Below, one piece after another: positions 9,405 to 19,605 of a stretch of 64,000 bases of DNA. The position numbers and the translations under genes are program-made. How positions within the stretch are numbered: the stretch's first letter is position 1; every line of letters begins with the position of its first letter. Origin of the DNA: Candidatus Saccharimonadota bacterium (GTDB lineage Bacteria; Patescibacteriota; Saccharimonadia; CAILAD01; BJGX01); the NCBI GenBank assembly GCA_016191105.1, contig JACPPH010000008.1, positions 66,667-130,666 on the forward strand. The letters run 5' to 3'. The notes beneath the pieces were generated by a model. That model ran no database searches. It was not told the DNA's origin and was given only the letters and a program-made list of their open reading frames with translations.

Positions 9405-10207
9405 ACATATTCTGGCGGGAGATGAAGTCAAACTACAAAGCCTTGTTGGGCTGGATAGTTGGTATATTGTTTCTGCAGGTTTCCGGCTACTCTAAATTCG
9501 AGGGCTTCAAATCGGCCGAAGGCACAAGTTCGCTCAACAGTGTTACCAACTCTTTCCCGAGAGCATTGCAGGTGCTATTTGGCATGAACGATCTAAACAT
9601 TGGCACACTTATTGGCTACTTTGGCATTCTGTATTTATACTTCGCCCTGATAGGTGCGATATATTCTGGCTTGCTTGGTGCTGGCATAGTGTCAAAAGAG
9701 GAAAGAGACAAAACCTCGGAGTTTCTGTATACACGCCCGATCACGCGCTATAGGGCATTGTCGGCCAAGATTGTGGCCGGGCTGTGTAATGTTTTGATAA
9801 TTTTCTTGGTAATTGCTGTATCTTCGGTTGTGGCTGTGGGCATGACCAATGGCGGCAATTATAACCTGACCAGTCAGATTATGAATCTTATGTGGGGCAT
9901 TTTACTCATACAAATACTGTTTTTTTCGCTGGGCATTTTCTTTGCTGGAATATGCAAAAAGCCCAAACTACCAACTGTATTGGTTACGATTGCAATAGTT
10001 GCTTCATATTTATTTTCTATAGTTGCCGATCTAGCCCGCGACTTTAGTTGGCTTAGGTACTTAACACCGCTGCAGTGGTTTTCGGCTCAAAAGATTATTA
10101 ATACTGGTTGGGTCGGCTTTACCTACATTATGGTTTCTGTATTTATTTCAGTTGTGCTGATTGGATTGGGTTATATTTTTTACAGTCGACGAGATTTAGC
10201 CACATAG
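9401..10207 (+). CDS. ABC-2 family transporter permease (paralog)
   Basis: Tandem paralog of the preceding permease with a 4-nt overlapping GTG start. Confidence 0.6.
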   Translation: MNIFWREMKSNYKALLGWIVGILFLQVSGYSKFEGFKSAEGTSSLNSVTNSFPRALQVLFGMNDLNIGTLIGYFGILYLYFALIGAIYSGLLGAGIVSKEERDKTSEFLYTRPITRYRALSAKIVAGLCNVLIIFLVIAVSSVVAVGMTNGGNYNLTSQIMNLMWGILLIQILFFSLGIFFAGICKKPKLPTVLVTIAIVASYLFSIVADLARDFSWLRYLTPLQWFSAQKIINTGWVGFTYIMVSVFISVVLIGLGYIFYSRRDLAT

Positions 10208-10288
10208 TAATTGCTTTGGTAGATCTAGGTTGCTTTTATAAAGCTTATGCTTCCAATTGTTTGAACTAGATAATACAATGCAAGTAAT

Positions 10289-13200
10289 ATGCCTGCATCT
10301 GCCAGCCAAGCAAAAACTCAACTGATTCGACTATATCGCCGAGTGCCTAATTTTGCGGAGGCTGGTCTGGCGAATGTTGAGGCCAAGATTCGTTCAGTTA
10401 TTTCTGATGATCCTGTGGCCATGGAGTGGTGTTACTATGTTGAGACGACAACCGTGCTCAATAAATCCGAGATTAAAAAACTTACTGAGTTGCTAGCAGA
10501 AACGTTTGATCCGCAGGGCTTTGGACCCAACTCGTTCTTGGCTCGTAATAATCCAGTTATAGAGGTTGGCTCACGTTTAAGTTTTGAAACGCCGTGGGCT
10601 TCAACTGCTCGCCAGATCTGCCATTCAGTTGGTCTAACAAAAGTTAATAAGATAGAGCGTTCTAGGCGCTTTGGCTTTGACAAAAGCACATCAAAAAGTA
10701 AGCTCAGCCAACTGGCTGATGTTTTGCATGATCGAATGACCGAGGCAATCTATGACAAACCGCCTCACAGCCTAACCTCGACCGCCCGGCCCGAGCCTGT
10801 TCATTCTGTGGCGGTAATGAAAGAGGGCATTAAGGCATTGCGTAGAGCCAATACGGAATTTGGTTTAGCCATGGACGAACACGACTTGCAGCGCTACTAT
10901 GATTTATTTGTTAATCAACTTAAGCGAAACCCAACCGATGTTGAGCTTTTTCAGTTGGGCCAAGGTAACTCCGAACACAGTCGCCACGGGTTTTTTAAGG
11001 GCAAAATTGTACTTGATGGCAAGCAACTCAAAGATAATCTCATGGATGTAGTTAAAGCCCCATACAAATCAAATCCCAACAATTCTGTAATTGCGTTTCA
11101 CGATGACAGTTCGGCGATCCGAGGCAAAAATATTGTAGCCGCTGTAGCTGAAGGCAAGGATTCTGCTGGCAAGCTTAAAACCGAAAAACGGTTGTATCAC
11201 CCAACTCTAACTGCCGAGACTCATAACTTTCCAACTGGTATTGCGCCGTACCCGGGCGCTGCCACCGGTACCGGTGGTCGGATTCGTGATAACCAAGCGG
11301 TTGGTCGCGGCGGGCTGGTGGTTGCTAGTGGGGTTGGTTATTGTGTGGCCAACATGAATTTAGCTGGTTACGATTTGCCTTGGGAGCTCGATGGGCATTC
11401 GGCATCCAGCAATCAAGCGACACCATTCGAGATTCTTATAGAGGCCTCAAACGGTGCTTCGGATTACGGGAACTGTTTTGGTGAGCCGGTGATCTTAGGT
11501 CACTTGCGCAGTTTTGGCTTGCAAACACCCGGTGGCTACAGGGCCTGGTATAAGCCGATTTTGTACACCGAGGGAGTCGGCCAAATCGATGACCGCCATA
11601 CCAAAAAAGGCGAACCAAGAAAGGGCATGTTGGTAGTTCAAATTGGCGGCCCAGCTTACCGCATTGGCATGGGCGGGGCGGCTGCTAGTTCGCTCATGAG
11701 TGGCGAAAATGTGGCCGACTTAGACTTTAATGCTGTGCAGCGCGGCGCACCCGAGATGGAGCAAAGACTGAATAGGGTTGTTCGAGCTTGTGTGGAGCTG
11801 GGCGATAGTAATCCAATAATATCGGCTCACGATCTAGGTGCTGGTGGCGATTCAAATGCCCTGCCCGAAATCGTGCATCCGACGGGCGGACGCATAAATC
11901 TGCGTGCAATTCCGTCTGGTGATGCTAGTCTTTCGGTATTGGAACTGTGGGGTAATGAGTCGCAAGAGCGCAATGTATTTTTGGTGAGACCATCAAGCCT
12001 CAAAACACTGGGGGGAATTTGCAGCCGCGAAAACGCACCCTTGGCTGTGGTTGGCGAGGTTACGGGCGATGGTAACTTGGTGGTTTTTGATGAGAAAGAT
12101 AGTTCGACCCCGATTAACTTACCACTTGAGCCAATATTGGGTGAGGTAGAACCGCGCACTCTGGAGCTAAAAACCCAAGCTATAAAACTAAAGCCTATTC
12201 GTTTGTCCAAAGGGATTAGTGTCGAAGATGCCCTAGAAAGAGTATTGCGATTACCATCGGTCGCCTCCAAGAGTTGGCTGGTGCGCAAGGTCGACCGCAG
12301 TGTTACTGGCTTGGTTGCGCAACAGCAGGGTGTGGGTCCCTATAACTTGCCGCTAAGTAACTATGGGGTTGTTGCTCATAGCTTGTTTGATAAGTCGGGC
12401 ACCGCTTTGAGCGAAGGTGAGCGGCCAACCATTGGGCTAATTTCACCAGGCGCGCAAGCACGCATGTCGGTAGCCGAAGCCCTGACCAACATTATGGGTG
12501 CGGCTATTACTAAGCTCGAGGATATCCGCGCTAGTGCTAATTGGATGTGGGCTGCTAAGCTTTCGGGTGAGGGGGCTCGACTGCACGAAGCTGCAACTGC
12601 TATGAGTAGTATTATGATCAAGCTTGGCATAGCTGTAGATGGTGGCAAAGATAGTTTATCGATGGCCAGCAAAGATGGTAGTAAGTTTGTGAAAGCGCCA
12701 GGCCAATTGGTGGTTGCGGCTTATGCCGTGATGCCCGATATTACTAAAAAAGTTACCCCAGAGTTTAAAAAGCCTGGCAACACGCTCTTATATATAGACC
12801 TCGCCAAAGGCAAAGCCCGTTTGGGCGGGTCTGCCCTGGCTCAAGTTTACGGTCAGTTAGGCGATGGTGCTCCCGACGTTGAAGATGTGACCATGCTAGC
12901 TAGATGCTTCAATGCCATCCAGGAATTAGTAAGACTAGATCTAATCTGTTCTTTGCACGATCGTAGCGATGGCGGTCTTATAAGCAGTCTAATTGAGATG
13001 TCAGTGGTTGGTGGCTTTGGTGCAAGAATTAATATAAACGGCCAACAAGATGAGTTAGCGGCTATGTTTAACGAAGAGCTTGGCCTGGTGTTGGAGTGCG
13101 CCGACAAGGAGAAAGTTGATAGAATCCTCAAACAATACAATATGCGTGCTGTGGAAATCGGCACCGTTGCTAACGCAGTCGATAACTTAGCCGTTAGCTA

Positions 13201-14206
13201 CAATGGCCAACCAGTTCTTAATAAAAAAGTAGCAGCCTTAAGACATGCCTGGGACGAGACTAGCACCAAACTCGATGCCTTGCAAACTAACCCGACCTGT
13301 GTGGCCGAAGAAGCTAATGTGGTGAACAATCTAACATCTGTTCCGAACTACAAGCTAAGCTTTGTACCCCAAAAAACTGACTTAAACATCATGAAGGCTC
13401 GTTATAAACCCAAAGTAGCCATCTTGCGCGAAGAGGGTACCAATGGTGATCGCGAAATGGCAGCTAGTTTTATGGCGGCTGGCTTTGAGGCCTGGGACGT
13501 TGCCATGCATGATTTGCTAAATGGCTCGGCCAAACTAGCCGACTTTCGTGGTGTGGCCTTTGCGGGTGGCTTTAGCTTTGGCGATGTGCTCGATTCAGCT
13601 CGGGGTTGGGCAAGCGTAATCAACTTTAATCCAAAACTAGCCAAGCAATTTAACGATTTCTACAATCGCCAGGATAGTTTTTCACTGGGCGTCTGCAACG
13701 GTGCTCAGCTTATGGCCTTACTTGGCTGGGTGCCAGGCGACGACTTAGCAGACCCACAAAAACCGCGCTTTAGCCACAATCAATCGGGCAGGTTTGAATC
13801 GCGTTTTACTACCGTTGAGATACTTCATAGCCCAAGTATTATGCTAAAAGAGATGGCTGGCACACGTATGGGCGTGTGGGTAGCGCATGGCGAGGGTCGC
13901 TTACATGTGCCAGACGAAGGCGTTATGCAGACCGTCTTAAATAATCAACTAGCCCCAATCCGCTTTGTTGATTACAGCGGCAAGCCAACCACCAAGTATC
14001 CATTTAACCCAAATGGCAGCCCAGGCGGCATTACAGCGCTGTGCTCGGCCGATGGGCGGCACTTAGCTATGATGCCTCACCCCGAGCGATTGGCAAACGC
14101 TCTTTGGCAATGGCCTTGGTTGCCCGAAGATTGGAAGAGCCTTAAAGCCAGCCCATGGTTACGCATGTTTCAAAACGCTCGCGATTGGTGCGAGGAAAGC
14201 AAATAA
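10289..14206 (+). CDS. purL: phosphoribosylformylglycinamidine synthase, single-chain large form
   Basis: At 1305 aa it carries an FGAM synthetase domain and a C-terminal class I glutamine amidotransferase domain (GVCNGAQLM). Confidence 0.9.
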   Translation: MPASASQAKTQLIRLYRRVPNFAEAGLANVEAKIRSVISDDPVAMEWCYYVETTTVLNKSEIKKLTELLAETFDPQGFGPNSFLARNNPVIEVGSRLSFETPWASTARQICHSVGLTKVNKIERSRRFGFDKSTSKSKLSQLADVLHDRMTEAIYDKPPHSLTSTARPEPVHSVAVMKEGIKALRRANTEFGLAMDEHDLQRYYDLFVNQLKRNPTDVELFQLGQGNSEHSRHGFFKGKIVLDGKQLKDNLMDVVKAPYKSNPNNSVIAFHDDSSAIRGKNIVAAVAEGKDSAGKLKTEKRLYHPTLTAETHNFPTGIAPYPGAATGTGGRIRDNQAVGRGGLVVASGVGYCVANMNLAGYDLPWELDGHSASSNQATPFEILIEASNGASDYGNCFGEPVILGHLRSFGLQTPGGYRAWYKPILYTEGVGQIDDRHTKKGEPRKGMLVVQIGGPAYRIGMGGAAASSLMSGENVADLDFNAVQRGAPEMEQRLNRVVRACVELGDSNPIISAHDLGAGGDSNALPEIVHPTGGRINLRAIPSGDASLSVLELWGNESQERNVFLVRPSSLKTLGGICSRENAPLAVVGEVTGDGNLVVFDEKDSSTPINLPLEPILGEVEPRTLELKTQAIKLKPIRLSKGISVEDALERVLRLPSVASKSWLVRKVDRSVTGLVAQQQGVGPYNLPLSNYGVVAHSLFDKSGTALSEGERPTIGLISPGAQARMSVAEALTNIMGAAITKLEDIRASANWMWAAKLSGEGARLHEAATAMSSIMIKLGIAVDGGKDSLSMASKDGSKFVKAPGQLVVAAYAVMPDITKKVTPEFKKPGNTLLYIDLAKGKARLGGSALAQVYGQLGDGAPDVEDVTMLARCFNAIQELVRLDLICSLHDRSDGGLISSLIEMSVVGGFGARININGQQDELAAMFNEELGLVLECADKEKVDRILKQYNMRAVEIGTVANAVDNLAVSYNGQPVLNKKVAALRHAWDETSTKLDALQTNPTCVAEEANVVNNLTSVPNYKLSFVPQKTDLNIMKARYKPKVAILREEGTNGDREMAASFMAAGFEAWDVAMHDLLNGSAKLADFRGVAFAGGFSFGDVLDSARGWASVINFNPKLAKQFNDFYNRQDSFSLGVCNGAQLMALLGWVPGDDLADPQKPRFSHNQSGRFESRFTTVEILHSPSIMLKEMAGTRMGVWVAHGEGRLHVPDEGVMQTVLNNQLAPIRFVDYSGKPTTKYPFNPNGSPGGITALCSADGRHLAMMPHPERLANALWQWPWLPEDWKSLKASPWLRMFQNARDWCEESK

Positions 14207-14260
14207 TATCCATAAAAACTCTTGCCAAGCATAAGCTAGTTTGCGATCATAGTATGCAGT

Positions 14261-15214
14261 ATGCAACATGTAATATCGATCAAGCAATTTAGTGATACAA
14301 AAAAGCTTGATGGTATTTTTTCTCTCGCGGCGGAATTTCAAAACACCGAACCACATAGATACCCGCAATCATTGCAAAACAAAATAGTTGCCAACCTATT
14401 CTACGAGCCCAGTACACGGACTCGTTTTTCGTTTGAGACGGCTGCGTTGAATTTGGGTGGGCGAGTAATCTCGACCGAAAACGGCAGCGAATACAGCAGC
14501 ACTAAAAAAGGTGAATCGCTCGAGGACACAATTCGTACCATCAATCAGTACGCCGATGTTATTGTTATGCGCCACCCAATGGTGGGTTCGGCCAAGTTGG
14601 CAGCTGATCACTCAAGGGTGCCGATAATCAATGCTGGTGATGGTGGGGGCGAACATCCCACCCAAGGCTTGCTTGATCTCTTTACCATCCGCCAAGCAAA
14701 AGGCAAGATTGATGGGCTCAAGGTGGTTGCTGTTGGCGATACTCTGCACAGCCGCACTATTCACTCGCTTATAGACATGCTTAAGTTGTACAATACAGAG
14801 CTGTATTTGGTTGCGCCCAAAGAACTTCAAATGTCTAAACAAGAGCTCGAACCATACTTGGGTAGATCCAAGATTACTCAACTTGATAGCTACGATGATG
14901 TCTTAAATGGGGCCGATGTTATGTATGTTAATCGTGTTCAAGAAGAGCGTTTTGCCGATAGGGCAGAGTTTGAACGTTTGCGCTCGAGTTTTTGCGTGAC
15001 TAACGATACGCTCAAGCGCATGAAAGATGATGCGGTTATTATGAACCCACTGCCAAGAGTTAACGAAATCCACCCAGAGGTTGATAACGACCCACGGGCG
15101 ATTTATTTTGAACAAGCCCGAAACGGCGTATACATAAGAATGGCCCTACTCGACATGCTCATGACACCTGAAGTGCCGAGCAAGTTGCGAGTGTCTGGCT
15201 TACAAACAGCTTAG
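14261..15214 (+). CDS. pyrB: aspartate carbamoyltransferase catalytic subunit
   Basis: STRTRFSFE, HPTQGLLD and GDTLHSRT motifs, 317 aa. Confidence 0.8.
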   Translation: MQHVISIKQFSDTKKLDGIFSLAAEFQNTEPHRYPQSLQNKIVANLFYEPSTRTRFSFETAALNLGGRVISTENGSEYSSTKKGESLEDTIRTINQYADVIVMRHPMVGSAKLAADHSRVPIINAGDGGGEHPTQGLLDLFTIRQAKGKIDGLKVVAVGDTLHSRTIHSLIDMLKLYNTELYLVAPKELQMSKQELEPYLGRSKITQLDSYDDVLNGADVMYVNRVQEERFADRAEFERLRSSFCVTNDTLKRMKDDAVIMNPLPRVNEIHPEVDNDPRAIYFEQARNGVYIRMALLDMLMTPEVPSKLRVSGLQTA

Positions 15215-16627
15215 TTACTTAACTTGCTGTGCCAAGAAGTCTTTTACTTTGGCGTACATCTCGTCGTCGATAGCGTTTTCACGATGTAGGGTATCTATAA
15301 CTTCTGGTACGGTTAAGGCCGCATGCAAAGCATAGCCTTTTTTGGCAAGTTTTTCTTTGGCGCCCTTTTGGTAGTCTAGCAGTACGACTGTGTCGGTAAC
15401 TTTCAGGCCAGCTTTCTCGAATGGGGCAATAACCTCGAACTTAGAATCACCATTCGTTACCAAATCATCTACAACCACTATTGTTTCACCTGTCTGGTGT
15501 CCGCCCTCTATCATCTTGTTGGTGCCATAACCCTTAGCCTCTTTGCGGGTGTATATCCATGGTTCACCATTCTCGGCAGAAATAGCCGCAACAATCGGCA
15601 TAGCTGCATAAGGTACGGCGGCCATGCGGTCGAACTTGAGCCTATTGAGCATGCCCGTGTAGGCCTTTGCTACGCGGCTCATAGTGCCAGGGTTTGCTAC
15701 TAACATACGAAGGTCTATATACATTGGTGAGACTATACCAGACTTAAACGTAAACTCGCCAAACTTTACAATGCCGTTGGTGTGCAAATCCATTACGAGC
15801 TCGGTAAATCTATATTTATTAATCTCTTCGCGCAAAGCATCGGTTTTAGCTCTAGCGGTTTTGGCAAAGTCCTCGCCGTTGCTTGCAAAAATAATGTCAC
15901 GAGCCGAGTTTACAATTATGCCATCGCCATAGGCATTTACACCGGCTCGCACCATGGCCTGAATATCGCCGCCCTGAGCGCCAATGCCGGGCACCAAGAA
16001 GGTGTAGTCATCGCCCATGATGGCGCGAATGTCTTTGAGCTCTTCGGGATAGGTGGCGCCAGTTACAAGCAGGCAGTTTTTGTTGGTATCCCATTCATCA
16101 CGAACTGTTTCAGCAACAATCTGATAAACTTTTTTGCCATTAACGTCGATATCTTGGAGTTCGCCAGAGCCAGGATTGGAGGTTTTGCAAAGTACGATTA
16201 TACCCTTATCTTTGCAGGCCAAAAAAGGCTCCAGGGCTTCGCCACCTAAATAGGGTTGAACGGTTACGGCATCGAGGTCTAAATACTCAAACAGGAACTT
16301 AACATAGCCATTGTTGGTGTTGCCTATGTCGGCTCGCTTGGCGTCGAGTATTACTGGGACGTTTGGATATTTGTCGTGAATGTAAGCAACAGTTTTACGG
16401 AGTTGTTCAATGCCACTGGCACCCTCGGCTTCATAAAAGGCTGAGTTAGGCTTATAGGCACAAACCAAGCCGGCTGTGGCATCTACAATTGCCTTGTTGA
16501 ATTCATACTGTGGCTCTTTGAGCTTTTGAAACTTGGCTGGTAGCTTGGCAACTTCACTATCTAAACCCACACAAACCAATGAATTGTTTTTAGCAACACT
16601 TTGGTTTAATCGGGTTTTAAAACTCAT
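15215..16627 (-). CDS. pyrFE: bifunctional orotidine-5'-phosphate decarboxylase (N-terminal) / orotate phosphoribosyltransferase (C-terminal)
   Basis: The N-terminus LVCVGLDS... is type-2 OMP decarboxylase-like. The C-terminus KFGEFTFKSG...VVDDLVTNGDS is the OPRTase PRPP-binding motif. Start is set at MSFKTRLN. Confidence 0.7.
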   Translation of the reverse strand: MSFKTRLNQSVAKNNSLVCVGLDSEVAKLPAKFQKLKEPQYEFNKAIVDATAGLVCAYKPNSAFYEAEGASGIEQLRKTVAYIHDKYPNVPVILDAKRADIGNTNNGYVKFLFEYLDLDAVTVQPYLGGEALEPFLACKDKGIIVLCKTSNPGSGELQDIDVNGKKVYQIVAETVRDEWDTNKNCLLVTGATYPEELKDIRAIMGDDYTFLVPGIGAQGGDIQAMVRAGVNAYGDGIIVNSARDIIFASNGEDFAKTARAKTDALREEINKYRFTELVMDLHTNGIVKFGEFTFKSGIVSPMYIDLRMLVANPGTMSRVAKAYTGMLNRLKFDRMAAVPYAAMPIVAAISAENGEPWIYTRKEAKGYGTNKMIEGGHQTGETIVVVDDLVTNGDSKFEVIAPFEKAGLKVTDTVVLLDYQKGAKEKLAKKGYALHAALTVPEVIDTLHRENAIDDEMYAKVKDFLAQQVK

Positions 16628-16652
16628 GCTTATAGAGTAGTATAAGCATGAG
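16623..16652. promoter_or_regulatory. perfect 12-6-12 inverted repeat ctcatgcttata-gagtag-tataagcatgag overlapping the divergent pyrFE and pyrD start region
   Basis: Read directly from the sequence. The left arm contains the minus-strand start codon (cat at 16625-16627). The right arm contains ATG 16648. AGGAGG follows immediately. Confidence 0.5.
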
Positions 16653-16665
16653 TAGGAGGGCAAGC

Positions 16666-17790
16666 ATGAGCGCTTTAGAAAATTCAAAAAACAGTGCAGT
16701 TAAGGTGAAGGTTCATAAATCTTTTTACGACCCGGCCAAAACGTTCGACGACAATTTTGACTTCGGGCCGTTCGCAACTGGCGAGCACGACAAGCCATAC
16801 AAAAATAGCGGTAGGCCACAACACAAGGTGTTGGGCAAAAAAGTTCACTCACCATTTGGCATGCCGGCTGGGCCATTGCCCAACAGCAAGTTCGTTAAGT
16901 ATGCTTTCGATCGTGGTTTCGATGTAATTTGTTACAAAACACAGCGCAGTGTTCCATTTGCTTGCAACGAATTCCCTAATGTTTTGTATCTAGATGTTGA
17001 TGGCGATCTTACACTCGAGAAGGCCGCTGAACCGATTGTAGGCAAGCAAGAGACCGATCGCGAACCTCACCAGTTAACCATCACCAACTCATTTGGCAAT
17101 CCTAGTCGCGGTCCAGAATTTTGGGTTGATGACCTGCGCCAAGCCGTTAAACATCAAGGCGAAGGCCAGCTGCTAATAATGAGCGTAGTTGGCAGCATTA
17201 AAGACGGATTTAGCGAAGAGGATTACTGGGATGACTTTGCACACACTGCTGAGCTAGCAGCTAGCTCTGGCGTAGAGGCAATCGAGCTCAACCTAAGCTG
17301 CCCGAATGTGGCTACCGAAGGTGTAATCTGCTACACACCACAAGCAGTAATAGAAATATCACGCCGCACCAAAGAGAAGGTCGGCAACATCCCGGTAATT
17401 GCTAAGTTTGGTTACTTTAGTGCCGATCAACAAGAGTTGCTAGAGGATATTGTAGCCAAGAGCTCACCGTACCTAGCGGCTTACTCGGCGATTAATACCA
17501 TCGCTGCTCCGGTGGTTGATGAGTACGGCCAACAGGCTTTGCCGGGCGAAGGGAGATTGAAGAGTGGTAGCTGTGGTGCGGGTGTAAAATGGGCCGGGCT
17601 AGACATGGCCAAGCGGCTAGATGGAATTCGCCGCAAGAACAATTACGACTACGAAATTATTGGCGTGGGCGGGGTAATGAGTGCCGACGACTACCAAGCT
17701 TACCGCCAAGCCGGGGCCGATATTGTACAATCCGCCACAGGTGCAATGTGGAACCCACAGTTAGCGGGCCAAGTTAAAGAGACTATTTAG
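16666..17790 (+). CDS. pyrD: dihydroorotate dehydrogenase family protein
   Basis: LNLSCPNV and TNSFGNPSRG motifs. AGGAGG lies 6 nt upstream of ATG 16666. Confidence 0.65.
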   Translation: MSALENSKNSAVKVKVHKSFYDPAKTFDDNFDFGPFATGEHDKPYKNSGRPQHKVLGKKVHSPFGMPAGPLPNSKFVKYAFDRGFDVICYKTQRSVPFACNEFPNVLYLDVDGDLTLEKAAEPIVGKQETDREPHQLTITNSFGNPSRGPEFWVDDLRQAVKHQGEGQLLIMSVVGSIKDGFSEEDYWDDFAHTAELAASSGVEAIELNLSCPNVATEGVICYTPQAVIEISRRTKEKVGNIPVIAKFGYFSADQQELLEDIVAKSSPYLAAYSAINTIAAPVVDEYGQQALPGEGRLKSGSCGAGVKWAGLDMAKRLDGIRRKNNYDYEIIGVGGVMSADDYQAYRQAGADIVQSATGAMWNPQLAGQVKETI

Positions 17791-18785
17791 TGAAGCATGT
17801 AGTTACTGTAATCCCAGGTGATGGGATTGGGCCAGAAGTAGTTAACGCAACTACTAAGGTTTTAGATTCTATGGGGCTAGACTTTGAATGGGAAAAGGTA
17901 GAGCTTAATTCAGAAATTATGCAGTCAACCCCGAGCTCGATTCCTCAAAATATCTGCAACTTGATTAAGAAGAACAAAATTGCAGTTAAAGGACCAATAT
18001 CAACGCCTGTTGGTGAGGGGTTCACTTCGCCAAATGTTCTTATCCGCCAACAATTAGGTCTTTATGCGAGTGTCAGACCAGCCAAATCGATAGGTAAATT
18101 TGCTTCTACTAAGAAACCGCTAGACATAGTAACTGTCCGGGAAAATACAGAGGATGTTTATGTAGCAAGAGAGAGGGGTGATAGTGAAGAGGTTATCGCT
18201 GAGAAGGTTATCACAAGACTAGCATCTGAACGGATTGCTAAATATGCATTCGACTTAGCAATTAAGATGGGTCGTAAAAAAGTTACCGCTCTGCATAAAG
18301 CAGATATTCTAAAAAAATCTGATGGCCTATTCATAAGCTGTTGTAGAGAAGTCTCAAAAAACTATTCCAAGGTAGTGTACGCCGAGGCAATTGTAGATAG
18401 TGCTTGCATGCAATTAGTTTTAGACCCGAAAGAATTTGACGTAATTGTTGCACCAAACATGTATGGGGATATAGTCTCTGATATTGCTGCAGGTATTGTT
18501 GGCGGGTTGGGGCTAGTTGGCTCGGCAAACATGGGCGATGATTTAGCTGTTTACGAAGCGGTTCATGGCAGTGCGCCCAATATTGCAGGAAAGAACATTG
18601 CAAATCCAACCGGCCTGTTGGAAGCTTGCGTAATGATGCTATATAACATAAAGGAACCTCAAGCGGCCGAAAGCTTAAGAGCTGCAATTGATAAGACCCT
18701 AGAGCAAGGAGCAGTACTGACACCAGATCTTGGCGGTAATGCTAGCACAACTGATTTTCGAGATGCTATAATTGCTAACCTATGA
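17790..18785 (+). CDS. isocitrate/homoisocitrate/isopropylmalate dehydrogenase family protein (NAD-dependent)
   Basis: [37 protein letters not shown] and NMYGDIVSD motifs. Confidence 0.7.
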   Translation: MKHVVTVIPGDGIGPEVVNATTKVLDSMGLDFEWEKVELNSEIMQSTPSSIPQNICNLIKKNKIAVKGPISTPVGEGFTSPNVLIRQQLGLYASVRPAKSIGKFASTKKPLDIVTVRENTEDVYVARERGDSEEVIAEKVITRLASERIAKYAFDLAIKMGRKKVTALHKADILKKSDGLFISCCREVSKNYSKVVYAEAIVDSACMQLVLDPKEFDVIVAPNMYGDIVSDIAAGIVGGLGLVGSANMGDDLAVYEAVHGSAPNIAGKNIANPTGLLEACVMMLYNIKEPQAAESLRAAIDKTLEQGAVLTPDLGGNASTTDFRDAIIANL

Positions 18786-19165
18786 AAAAAGAACGTTCGT
18801 GTAACTATGCTTTTGATTTTGATGGGGTAATTGCCAAATACGACGGCTTTAAGGGTAAAGATGTTGCCGGTGAGCCGGTGCCTGAAGTTGTGGAGGCTAT
18901 TCGTGAGCTCAAAAAACGCGGTCACAAAATAATTGTGTATGGTAGCACCCGCGATAATGACTTTCTAAAGTCTTATTGCGAGCAGCACGACATTCCGGTC
19001 GACTACTTCAACGAAAACCCCGAAGTTCCAAATAGTGATGGTCGCAAACCGGTGGCCAGGGTTTATATAGATGATCGTGGCCTAACATACAAAGGCCAAT
19101 CTGTTCAAGAACTAGTAGAAGAAATCGAAAATTTTGAGCCTTATTGGAAAAACAATAAACAATAG
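18782..19165 (+). CDS. small HAD-superfamily hydrolase
   Basis: YAFDFDGVIA is HAD motif I (DxDGV), 127 aa. Confidence 0.5.
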   Translation: MKKERSCNYAFDFDGVIAKYDGFKGKDVAGEPVPEVVEAIRELKKRGHKIIVYGSTRDNDFLKSYCEQHDIPVDYFNENPEVPNSDGRKPVARVYIDDRGLTYKGQSVQELVEEIENFEPYWKNNKQ

Positions 19166-19197
19166 CACCCTCGGTTCATGTTTGGTATTATTGATTT

Positions 19198-19605
19198 ATG
19201 AAAGCGGCGATAGGGCATATTGGTATAAATCTTTCCAACTCAAACGAGTCTTTTAAGTTTTGGAAAGAATTGCTCGGATATCTTGGCTTCAAAGTAATAC
19301 CCGATGGCGACGATCACTTTGATGCAATTGATGGTCGAAGCTATCTATGTGTGTCAGTTACCGATTCTAAGTACAAAAAGAATTCTTTTCATCGTAAGCA
19401 AACTGGACTTAATCATATTGCCCTCAGGGTTGATTCTGCCGAATATGTTGATGAGTTTGTGCAAGGATTTTTAGAGCCCCACAACATTAAGCCTTTGTAT
19501 GGAGGGGCCAAGGCCTACCCCGAATATGTTGATGGCTATTACGCTGTTTATTTTGAAGACCCTGACCGCATTAAGATTGAAGTTGTTTGCGACCCAACCG
19601 ACTAG
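19198..19605 (+). CDS. VOC (glyoxalase/bleomycin-resistance) family protein
   Basis: IGHIGINL ... GLNHIALRVDS pattern. Confidence 0.55.
   Translation: MKAAIGHIGINLSNSNESFKFWKELLGYLGFKVIPDGDDHFDAIDGRSYLCVSVTDSKYKKNSFHRKQTGLNHIALRVDSAEYVDEFVQGFLEPHNIKPLYGGAKAYPEYVDGYYAVYFEDPDRIKIEVVCDPTD

Noticed and set aside
10435-13644. Multiple minus-strand ORFs of 60-150 aa inside purL, and similar antisense ORFs inside dnaK (54334..56074), ftsH and pyrFE
   Set aside because: These are shadow ORFs within confidently identified conserved genes, with low-complexity Ser/Pro/Arg-rich translations.
16648-16665. ATG 16648 (ORF-track start) as the pyrD start
   Set aside because: The AGGAGG RBS lies downstream of it, 6 nt before ATG 16666. 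ATG 16648 sits inside the palindrome arm with no RBS.
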